Shown here piece by piece: positions 53,385 through 64,000 of a stretch of 64,000 nt of DNA. The position numbers and the translations under genes are program-made. The DNA lies in NCBI RefSeq assembly GCF_009914755.1, contig NC_060931.1; one strand, 5' to 3'. The stretch's first letter is position 1, and each line of letters opens with the position of its first letter. The notes beneath the pieces were generated by a model. That model was not told the DNA's origin and made no database searches. It worked only from the letters and a program-made list of their open reading frames with translations. This stretch comes from the human T2T-CHM13v2.0 reference genome, Homo sapiens.

Positions 53385-55593
53385 TGATGATTTGGCTATG
53401 TCCCCACCGATATCTCATCTTGAATTCCCACAAGTTGTAGGAGGCACTGGGTGGGAGGTAATTGAATAATTGGGGGAGGTCTTTCCTGTGCTGTTCTCAT
53501 GATAGTGAGTAAGTCTCATGAGACATGATGGCTTTGTGAGGCAGAGCTTCCCTGCAAAAGCTCTCTTTTTTTTTGCCTGGTAACAACCACGTAAGAAATG
53601 ACTTGCCCTTCCTTGCCTTCTACCATGATTGTGAGGCTTTCCCAGGCACATGGAACTATAAGTCCAATTAAACCTCTTTCTTTCTCAGGTATGTCTTTAT
53701 CAGCAGCATGAAAACAGACTAATACAATAAATTGGTACCAGTAGAGTGGGGTGTTGTTGAAAAGATACACAAAAATATGGAAGATATCATGGAACTGGGT
53801 AACATGCAGGGGCTGGAACGGTTTGGAGTGCTCAGATGATGTTAAGGTGAAAGCTTTTTATTATGTAATTTTCATTTTACTTTCACAGTCAGACTTGATT
53901 TTCAATATATTTTTGTTATAAAAAAGTATTACATATCTCTGAAATTTGGAACTTCCTAGAGACTTGTGGAATGGCTTTGGCGAAAATTCTAATAGTTATA
54001 TGAACAATAAGGTCCAGGCTGAGGTGGTCTCAGATGGAGATGAGGAATTTGTTGAGAACTGGAGTTAAAGGTGACTCTTGTTATGTTTTAGCAAAGAGAC
54101 TGGCAGCATTTTGTCCCTGCCCTAGAGATCTGTGGAACTTTGAAATTTGGAGAGATGATTTAGGGTATCTGGTGGAAGAAATTTTTAAGCAGCAAAGCAT
54201 TTAAGAGGTGACTTGGGTGCTGTTAAAGGCATTCAGTTTTAAAAGTTTTAAAAGGGTAACAGAGCATAAAAGTTTGGAAAATTTGCAGCCTGACAATGTG
54301 ATAGAAAAGAAAATCCCATTTTCTGGTGAGAAATTTAAGCTGGCTGCAGAAATGAGCATAAATAATGAGAAGCCTAATGTTAATCACCAAGGCAATGGGG
54401 AAAATGCCTCCAGGGCATGTCAGAGGTCTTCAGACAAGGCAGCACCCCTCATCACACACCCAGAGGCCTAGTAGAAAAGCATGGTTTTATGGGTCAGACC
54501 ATGAGTCCCCAAGCTGTATGCATTCTAGGGACTTGGTGCCCTGTGTCCAGGCTACTCTAGCCATGACTAAAAGGGCCAAGGTACAGCTCAGGCCATGGCT
54601 TCAGAGGGTGCAAGCCCGAGCCTTGGCAGCTTCTATGTGGTGTTGAGCCTTCAGGTGCACAGAAGTAAAAAATTGAGGTTTGGGAACCTCTGCTTAGATT
54701 TCAGAGGATGTATGGAAACACCTGGACATCCAGGCAGAAGTTTGCTGTAGGGGCAGGGCTTTCATGGAGAATCTCTGCTAGGGCAGTGCAGAAGGGAAAT
54801 GTGGGATCAGAGCCCCCCCACACAGAGTCTTTACTGGGGCACTGCCTAGTGGAGCTGTGAGAAGAGGGCCATTGTCCTCCAGACCTCAGAATGGTAGATT
54901 CACCAACAGCTTGCACCGTGTGACCTCTTGCTTCAGCGTGACCTGGATGTGAGATACGGAGTCAAAGGAGATCATTTTGCAGCTTTACGATGTGACCGTT
55001 GTATCTAGGAAGTAACTTACTTGCTTTTTATTTACAGGCTCATAAGCAGAAGGGACTTGCCATGTCTCAGATGAGACTTTGTACTGTAGACTTTTGAGTT
55101 AATGCTGAAATGAGTTAAGACTTCGGGGGACTTTGGAGTTAATGGTGAAATGAGTTAAGACTTTGGGGGACTGTTGGGAAGGCATGATTGGTTTTAAAAT
55201 GTGAGGACATGAGATTTGGGAGGGGCTAGAGATGAAATAATATGGTTTGGCTGTGCCCCCACCCAAATCTCATCTCCAGTTCCCACATGTTGTGGGAGGT
55301 ACTGATGGGAGGTAATTGTATCATAGGGGGAGGTCTTTCCCGTGCTGTTCTTGTGATAGTGAATAAGTCTCATGAGATCTGATGGCTTTATAAGGCAGAG
55401 TTTCTCTGCACAAGCTCTCTTTTTTTGCCTGCTGCCATTCATGTGAGACATGACTTACTCTTCTTTATCTTCCACCATGATTGTGAGGCTTCCCCAGCCA
55501 CATGGAACTATAAGTTTAATTAAATGTCTTTCTCTTGTAAATTGCCCAGTCTCTGGTATGTCTTTATTAGCAGCGTGAAAGTGGACTAATACT
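53385..55593 (+). mobile_element. THE1A provirus: 5' LTR 53385-53726, internal 53727-55237, 3' LTR 55238-55593
   Basis: two direct LTRs with THE1A-type features (gaattcccac, aagtccaattaaacc, gtaaattgccc), THE1-int starting ataaattggtaccagtagagtgggg, TSD gtgtg. Confidence 0.93.
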
Positions 55594-55642
55594 GTGTGTG
55601 TGTGTGTCTATATGTGTGCACGTGCACGCATGTGTGTGTATA

Positions 55643-58025
55643 CAGGCATACCTCAGAGATATTGCAGGTTTTGCTCCAGACCACTACAATAAAGCAAATT
55701 TTGCAATACAGTGAGTCAAGGAATTTTTTTTTGTTCTCTCATGCATATAAAAGTTATGTTTACACTATGCTGTAGTCTATTCAATGTGCAATAGCATCAT
55801 ATCTGAAAACAATGTAAATATCTTTTGAATACTTTATTGCTTAAAATTGCTAATAATTATATCAGCATTCAGTAAGTCATAATCTTTTTGCTGGTTGCGG
55901 CTCTTGCCTTGATATTGATAGCTGCTCATTCATCAGGGTGGTGGGTGTTAAAGGTTGTGGTGGCTGTGTAAATTTCTTAAAATAAAACAATGATGATCTT
56001 TGTCACATCAGCTGACTCCTCCTTTCACAAAAGATTTCTCTGTAACCTGCAATGCTGTTTGATAGCATTTCATCCACAGCAGAACACCTTTAAAAATGGA
56101 ATCAACCCTTTCAAAACCTGCCACCGCCTTATTAACTAAATTGAGGTAATATTCCAAATCCTCTGCTGTCATTTCATCAATGTTCACAGCATCTTCACCA
56201 GGAATAGATTACATCTCAAAAAAAAGAAAAAAAACACTTTCTTTGCTCATCCATAAAAAAACACTCCTCATCCATTCAAGTTTTGTCATGTGATTGCAGC
56301 AATTCAGTCATCTCTTCAGGCTCCACTTGTAGTTCTAATTCTCTTGCTATGTCCACCACATCTGCAGTTACTTCCTCTACTGAAATCTTGAACTGCTCAA
56401 AGTCATCCATGATGGTTAGAATCAACTTATTCTAAACTCCTATTAATGTAGATATTTTGATCTTCTCTTATGAATCACACACGTTCTTGATAGCATCTAG
56501 AATGGTGAATCTTTTCTGGAAGGTATTCAATTTACCTTGCTCACATCCATCAGAGGAATGACTATCTGTAGCAACTATAGCCTTACAAAATGTCTTACTT
56601 CAATAATAAGACTTGAAAGTGCAAATTACTTTTTGATCCATGAGCTGCAGAATGAATGTTTGTGTTAGTGGGCATCAAATGGCATTAATCTTGTAGAGAT
56701 CCACCAGAGAAACAGGATGACCAAATATGCTGTCAATGAGCAGAAATATTATGAAATAAATCTTTTTTCTGAGTAGAAAAAAAATCCTGGACTTAAAATA
56801 TATAAAACCATGCTGTAAAAAGTTGTGCTGCATTCCAGGATTTGTTCTTCCACATATAGAGCACAGGCAAAGCAGATTTACCATAATTCTTAGTAGCTCT
56901 AGGATTTTCGGAATGGTAAAGGTGCATTGGCTTCAACTTATAGGTGCTTTAGCCTATAACAAGAGAGGCGGCCTGTCATTGAAAGCTTTAGAGCCAGATT
57001 TTGACTTTTACTCTCTAACTATGAAAGTCCTAGTATTTCTTATCTTTATCCAATAAAAGGCAATAGAAGGTTCCTTATGCTACATTGAAAATGTGTTGTT
57101 TAATGTAGTCTATCAATGATCTTAACTAGATCTCCTGGATTACTTGCTGTGCTTCTACATTATCACTTGCTGCTTCACCTTGCAATTTTATGTTATGTAG
57201 ATGGCTCCTAATGAACCAACCTCTGCTAGCTGCTGACTTTTCTTCTGCAGATTCCTTACCTCCCTCAGCCTTCATAGAATTGAAGTGAGTTATGGCCTTG
57301 CTCTAGATTGGGCTTTTGTTTAAGGGAATGTTGTGGCTGGTTGATCTTCAATGTAAAACTTTCTTGTTATCAGCAATAGGCTTTTTTGCTTTTTTGTCAT
57401 TCATGTGTTCATTGTAGGAGAACTTTTAATTTTCTTCAATAATTTTTTTTTACACTAACAGCTTGGCTAAGTGTTTGATAAAGAGACCTGGCATTCAATC
57501 TATGTCAGCTTTCAATATGCCTTCTTCAATGAGCTTAATCATTTCTAGCTTTTGATTAAAAATGAGAGAAATGCAACTCTTCTTTTCATTTGAACCCTTA
57601 GAGGACATTGTAGCATTATTAATTGGCCTAATTTCAATATTGTTATATCCCCAGGAATAGGAGGGCCAAAGGAGAGGAGGGGAGATGGGGAACAGCCTGT
57701 CAGTGGAGCAGAGAGAACACACAGCACTTATGGATTAAGTTGGCCATCTTAGATGAGTACAGTTCATGTCATCCCAAAACAATTACAATAGTAACATCAA
57801 AGATCACTGATTAAAGATCACCATAACAAATATAATAATAATTAAAACATTTAAATATTGCAAGAGTTACCAAAATGTGACAGAGAGAGAAGTGAGCGCA
57901 TGCTTTTGGAGTAATTGGGTTAATACCCTTGGTCAACACAGGATTGCCACAGATATTCCATTTGTTAAAAAAGACACCTTCTGTGAAGTATAATAAAGTG
58001 AAGCACAATAAAGTGTGGTATCTTG
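55643..58025 (-). mobile_element. Tigger1 DNA transposon, near full length (~2.4 kb), decayed transposase
   Basis: ta|caggcatacctc TIR; minus ORF MSSKGSNEKKSCISLIFNQKLEMIKLIEEG matches the Tigger1 transposase N-terminus; degraded TIR ggtatcttg at right. Confidence 0.95.
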
Positions 58026-58400
58026 TTCGTATATGTGTGTGTATTCCATTTTTTATTGATATATTCATCAATGGACATTTGGGTAATGCTCACCTTTTGG
58101 TTATTGTATATAATGCTGTTATGAACATTAGTGCTCAAGCATCTGTTCAAGTCCTTACTTTCAATTCTTTTGGGAATATGCCTAGACATGGTATTGCTGG
58201 ATTACATGGTAATTCTATGTTTAATTTTTTTGAGGAATCACCATATTGTCTTTTGCAATAGCTTTACCACTTTATATTCCTACCAGCAATGTCCAAGAGT
58301 TCCAATTTTTCCACATCTTGCCAACACTCATCTTCTGTTTTTCTCTTTTTAAGTAAAGAATTTTAAGTGCCAAAAACAATATATGGGCGATTTGTAAGTA
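58026..58400 (-). mobile_element. L1MB-type (right piece, continues 52950-53332)
   Basis: tcatcaatggacatttgggt..ggtattgctggattacatggtaattctatgtttaatttttttgaggaa. Confidence 0.85.
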
Positions 58401-58438
58401 TATTTTTTTTCTAGGAATTTTGACCACAGCAATATCTA

Positions 58439-60479
58439 GGAGGGGACTTCCAAAAGCTCCTGAAATAATAGAATTGAAAGATAAAAAAAGAAAAAATATA
58501 TAATAATAATAATAATAACTGTATTTCTCAACATAAACTTCATCAAGTTCAAGATAGTTTTGTAAACAATGATACCAGACATTTATTCCATCCCTAAAGA
58601 ATTGAGGGTCCTGAGAATGTAACCATGTCAATGCTATCTTTTTTACATTATTAATGGAAGAAAAACAAGTGCCTTTAAAGATTTTTTTAAGATTAAGAAA
58701 CAAAGCAGTAGCCAGAGGAGCCAAATCAGGACTGTAAAGTGTATGCCTAATGATTTCCCATCAAAACTCTTGCAAAATTGCCTTTATTGGATGATAGGAC
58801 TGAGACGGAGCATTGTCCTAAAAAAAAAGAAGGATTCTCTGGTGAAGGTTTCTTCAGGGTTTCTTTTTTGTTTGTTTGTTTTTTGTTGTTTTTTGTTTTA
58901 TTTTTCTTTTGTTGTTGTTGTTGTTGTTTGTTTTTGCTAAAGATTTGGCTAAATTTCTCAAAGCACTCTTACAATAAGAACATATTATTGTTCTTTGACC
59001 ATCCAGAAAGTCAACAAACAAAATGCCCTGAACATTCCAAATACCATTGCCATGACCTTTGCTCTTGGCAGATGTGGTTTTGCTTCAAGTGACTTCCTCC
59101 TCTTGGTATCCATTGCTTTGATTGTGCTTTGTCTTCAGGATTGTACCAGTAAAGCTATGTTTCATCTCCTATTATAATTCTTGGAGTAAATTTTCAGGAT
59201 CTTGATCCCACTTGTTTAAAATTTCCATTAAAAGCTCTACTGTTGCCTGTGGCTTGCCTGGGCACAATGGTTCTGGCACCCATTCAGTGGAAAGTTAGTT
59301 CAACTTTTTCAGTCAGAATTGGGTTGAGATGTTTATGATGTTGGCTATTTTTTTGTGCTATTAATTCTTAGTTCTCTTCAGTTAGAATACTGATGTTACC
59401 AGGAATTCTGGGTTGAGATGTATTATTTAACTGAGGACATCCACAGAACTGGAGCATTGGACCAGCAATCTCAGTTTTTGTGATAGTGAACAAAGAATTG
59501 CAAACTAACACCAAAATGCAAGTTCAAAGCAGAGTTTATTGAAGCACTGTAATATACTCTCAGAGGGAGAGCAGACCTATTTCTGTGAAGTGAAATCAGC
59601 CCCTCTTTACAAAACTCAGAGGACTTTCATGGAGGTTTTGTGGGAGGAGTTGAGGTTTGGGCTATGTGTGAGTGACAAGATGAAGTCATTTGATTGGCAG
59701 TTTACAGATACATAGCTAAAATTAAACTGTACATGTTTTTACCCATAATTTGTTAAGAAAAGCCAAGTTGGAGGGTGGGGGGGTTGGTAAAGCCACATAT
59801 AAATTTTGTTATAACGATGGTATAATGAGCTTGGGATGAACTTGAGGACACAGTTCTGTGTTAGGGGATTTCCACCTGTGCCCTAGTTTCTCCTTCTCCA
59901 GGACATGTTGGACACAGATTTTATTACAAACTCCATCCTTTAGGATGGATGGAGTTAGGGAAGTTCTGGGGCTGAATTTAGATGAGCTATGGGCTGTCTT
60001 AGTGATAACCTTTTTGTTCTCTTTTCTTACCCGCTCCCAGCTTCTAATATCTATCTAACTACCTAACACTAACAAAATTATATTTTTAAAGACATAGATG
60101 TGGATGATCTGCCACTTTGGGATTCATCTTCAACATCAACTTATCCTTTTTAAAATGAATTATCTATTTGTAAAGTGCTTATTTCTTTAGAGCATTTTCC
60201 CCAAAAACTTTTTTAAGACATAAATGATTTCACATTCTTCCACTAATCTTCACCATAAATTTGATGTTTGTTCTTGCTTTAGTTTTAGCAGAATTCAATT
60301 TGTTCTGATAGGAACTCTCTTCAAATTGATGTCTTATTCTTTTTAGTGTCTCAAACTAGATTCTGTTCAGAAATGCTATAACAAGTAAGTATGAGTTTAT
60401 TTAGGTACAAAAATGTTTAAAATGTATGCATAGTTTTTTCATAATATGCATTTTTCATGAACTTTTTGAAAACCCCTTG
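58439..60479 (-). mobile_element. HSMAR2 mariner transposon, both TIRs present, interrupted by an LTR
   Basis: ta|ggaggggacttccaaaagctcctg and catgaactttttgaaaaccccttg|ta TIRs; minus ORF LFLNLKKIFKGTCFSSINNVKKIALTWLHSQDPQFFRDGINVWYHCLQNYLELDEVYVEK = mariner transposase C-terminus. Confidence 0.93.
59394..60068 (-). mobile_element. ERV1-class solo LTR (MER50/MER87/LTR27-like), 675 bp
   Basis: TG..CA termini, minus strand starts tgttaggtagttagataga, CCAAT and AATAAA on the minus strand, 4-bp TSD ctga/ctaa. Confidence 0.75.
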
Positions 60480-61039
60480 TATCACATTCTCTTCCCATTA
60501 TTCTAACATGGGCTGGTGGCAATAGCCTTAAATTAATGCTGGTATAAAAGTCAAACCAAGTAGCTATATTCTCTCCAATAATATTAGCTACATCTTATTA
60601 CACCCGTCTCCTTTTCTAAAAAGTGTCTAGTCATAATTACTCCTACTGAATGAAAAAAAGTAGATATTTATTTGTGTAAATTCTTATAATACAGTATTTA
60701 TGAAACCTCCACAATTCTCCAAAAGCAGAGAATATACATTTGAATTCATTTAAAGAAACAAAACAATTTCAATTTGATTCAGATAGATCACATAAACTTA
60801 ATCCCCTCTTTATATTTTTCTTTATTTTCAATGGATCCTATAACATATATATGTCATTTCTATTTTGAGAAAAAAGTCATACAAATAGTCGTAAGCTTTA
60901 AGATCTGGATTAATATGCATTATTTTATTTTAAAGTAATGAGTAGGTGAAAGTCAGTGTTATCTAGCATGGAATTTGATCTTATTCTGCTCTTTCAAAAA
61001 AGAAATTACAACTGTAAGTAACATATTTTAAGAAGACTA

Positions 61040-61448
61040 TTAGCCAGGCATAGAAAGAAAAATATTGAATGATCTTAGCTATATAGAGAATTAGAAAAAG
61101 TGGAACTAATAGGAATGCAGACTAGAAAATGGTTATCAGAGGCGGGGAAGGGTGATGGACAAGGAAAAGGGAGATGTTGATCAAAAGGTATAAGGTTTCA
61201 GTTAGACAGGAGAAATAAGATTTAGTGATCTATTATGCAACATGGTGACTAGAAGAAATAATAAGGTAGATTTCAAAATTGCTAACATAATAGATTTTAA
61301 ATGTTTTCACTAAAAATTAAGTATATGAGTTAATGAATTTGTTAATTAGCTTGATTTAATCATCCAACATTATAAACATATATCAAAATGTCACATTGTA
61401 TCCTATGAATATATACAATTATTATTTGCCAATTAAAAATAAAATTTA
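61040..61448 (+). mobile_element. L1MA6/7-like 3' end
   Basis: ggagatgttgatcaaaaggtataaggtttcagttagacaggag..gttaattagcttgatttaatcat..atatatacaattattatttgccaattaaaaat. Confidence 0.85.
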
Positions 61449-61723
<275 letters not shown>

Positions 61724-63347
61724 TTAATTCAAAAAAACGAAAATAAATGATATAAACTACAACAAATAAGACTGACATCTAAAATGACAATATAATTTTA
61801 ATAAATCAAATTACACTTAATTATATATTTAATAGTTTAAAAAATATTGCCAATTAACTGACAACTGAAAAGCAGAGGAGGAGCCATTATTCATAGATAA
61901 CAGATGGGCACATTTAAAGATTCAGGAGTAGAACCATAGCTATTTCTTGATAAGACAATAATATAAACAGTAAGGGGCTTTTCCACAAATGAAGGCACTA
62001 TCTTAAAATAGAGATATTTTAAACATGAGGTTTTGATTGCTTTAATGACCTAATGCATTCATACATTTAAAATTTACTTAATATCTACTATGTGTCCAGT
62101 ACTGTGCTAGGCAAGAGCAGACTCAAACAATTCTTTGGTTTTCTAATTCAGGTATTATTCAATTCTTTACAGCCATCATATTTTTATTTAAGAAATGGCT
62201 TGTACTACCTAAACTAATTGTAACCTTAAATGAAGTAACAACTTATAATCAATTTAATACATTCATTGACTAATTCCACAAACATATACTTATTTCCCAC
62301 TCTGGACCAGACCTTATGCTCCATGTTAGTGAGCAGGTATGATGCTTTTCCCTCCCTAAATAGTTCAGAGACATTTCATTATAATTGATTCTGGATCAGT
62401 GCACTAATCCAGAGGATAAATCCTCTTTTTTCATTTTTGGTTAGTTATATAAAGCTTAGGATAAGGAATTTAAAAAAAAGCTATTTCTTAACCTTTAAAG
62501 ACACAAGAGATTTTCTATTTATTTTCTCAATTCTGTGCTGCATTAGCTAATCTCAAAAACTTTCTGGCATGATACCAAAATGAACTGAGATCTTCAGCAT
62601 GCTTTGAATCAGTCTCCAAATAAAGAGATCATTGAGCTTCCAAATGATGTTGAAACTCATTATCCTCCAACAGGGAAGCATTAAGCCATTATCCCCTGGA
62701 AACATTATTACTATGAAACATCTGCAAACATCAGTACATGGTCAGAGATTGATGAGATCCACTTTTTTGTAGGTTTAAATATATTCAAAAGATGAAGAAA
62801 ATCAATGAACATTTATAAGTAATGAGAGAAAAAAGATCTTATAGCTTAAGCCCATTTTGTAGGATGTAGTAATGTACCCATAAAACTACAGAATTACTTA
62901 TAAGCCTATTAGGATGTGACATTAATCTAAATGTGGGGATAATGAACATAGCTATAGAAATTGACAATCAGGAATTTGTAAGAGTGAATGCATTGAAATT
63001 ATGAGCCATCTAAATGAAATAAATTGGAAATCAACAATGGATATAATTGACAAGCTGGAAGTAGCTTCCCTGTTAGAGGTCTTGTAGACTTATGGAAATA
63101 AAATAAAGTCATTCAAATATTAATAGTCAATTTTTCTTCCTAAAATCTTTCAGATAAATAGAAAACTCTCAAAATGATCAACCTTGAAATATTTCAGAAG
63201 TTCTTTCAGCTTTCCTAAAACTAAGGAAATCAAAATATTCAGAATAACTGTAAATGAGATAGAACTGTATTCTGTGGCTCAGTCGAATTAGGATAAAAAG
63301 AACTTTATGTAAATTAAATTAAGATATTAAAAATTAATAAGATAATT

Positions 63348-63672
63348 GGCCAGGTGTGTTGGTTCATGCCTGTAATCTGAGTACTTCGGGAGGCTGAGAC
63401 GGGGTAGATTGCTTGAGCTCAGAAGTTCAAGACCAGCATGGGCAATATGGCAAAACCCTGTCTCTACAAAAAATAACAGAAATTAGCTGGGCATGGTTGT
63501 TTGCACCTGTTAATCCCAACTACTTGGGAGGTCAAAATGGGAATGATCACTTAAGCCTGGGAAGTGCGGGTTGCATGAGCCAAGATTGCGCCACTGCACC
63601 ATAGTCTGTTGCAGTGAGACCCTGTCTCAAAAAACAAACAAAAAAACCCCAGAGTGAGACCTTGTATCAAAA
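63348..63672 (+). mobile_element. AluJ with duplicated 3' end
   Basis: agtgagaccctgtctcaaaaaa...agtgagaccttgtatcaaaaa; TSD aataagataat / aataggataat. Confidence 0.9.
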
Positions 63673-63687
63673 AATAGGATAATCAGG

Positions 63688-63781
63688 TATATATATATAT
63701 ATATATTTAATGTTTAAAATATTAACATTAATATACATTTAGTGTAATAATAAACATTAATATACATTTAATGTTTAAAAA
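63688..63781. repeat. (TA)n plus AT-rich direct/inverted repeat mosaic
   Basis: aacattaatatacattta twice; atttaatgtttaaaa twice. Confidence 0.85.
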
Positions 63782-64000
63782 GTACAGGACCACAAAGTGA
63801 TTCTGTGAGCAGTCCTTAAAAACATCTGTCATATTACAGCTACGCTGTGAGTATGTTTCAAAATGTTGAACAATTATCACCTGAATCTTTAACCCAGGTA
63901 TTGGAGAGCAATGACCAGATCCCTATTGGCTTTGTTGGCAATTAAAAGGATGGTAAAGATTTCTTTTCTCATCTTAAAATTGTGTTTGCTTTCCTATTAG

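Noticed and set aside
59316-59428. gaatt..gggttgagatgt shared between HSMAR2 and the adjacent LTR end
   Set aside because: Only ~13-18 nt; calling it templated depends on consensus details I cannot verify.

Overview
AT-rich, CpG-poor primate genomic DNA (AluY and a young L1PA 3' end indicate a catarrhine, most likely human). It reads as the interior of a large intron or an intergenic region. I cannot support any protein-coding gene, tRNA/rRNA, CpG island or CRISPR array; the long ORFs in the track are decayed transposon frames or chance. A large part of the window is interspersed repeat: about 10 Alus, several L1 fragments, L2/MIR/CR1 remnants, MaLR solo LTRs, a two-LTR THE1A provirus, a MER21-type LTR with its tRNA-Leu PBS and leader, near full-length Tigger1 and HSMAR2 DNA transposons, MER3 and MADE1. 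The structure these labels do not explain: (1) an unrecognised ~163-bp element present twice 2.6 kb apart (~80% identical, with a shared hairpin core), bracketing a dense TGACAG/TALE-homeodomain motif cluster; (2) two local templated insertions in which nearby unique DNA was copied into a deletion inside a transposon (106 bp into THE1A-int, ~88 bp into an L1MA); (3) a clean 48-nt in-frame candidate exon at 2289-2336. Subfamily names come from recalled consensus sequences and need RepeatMasker/Dfam confirmation. Boundaries of old repeats are approximate.
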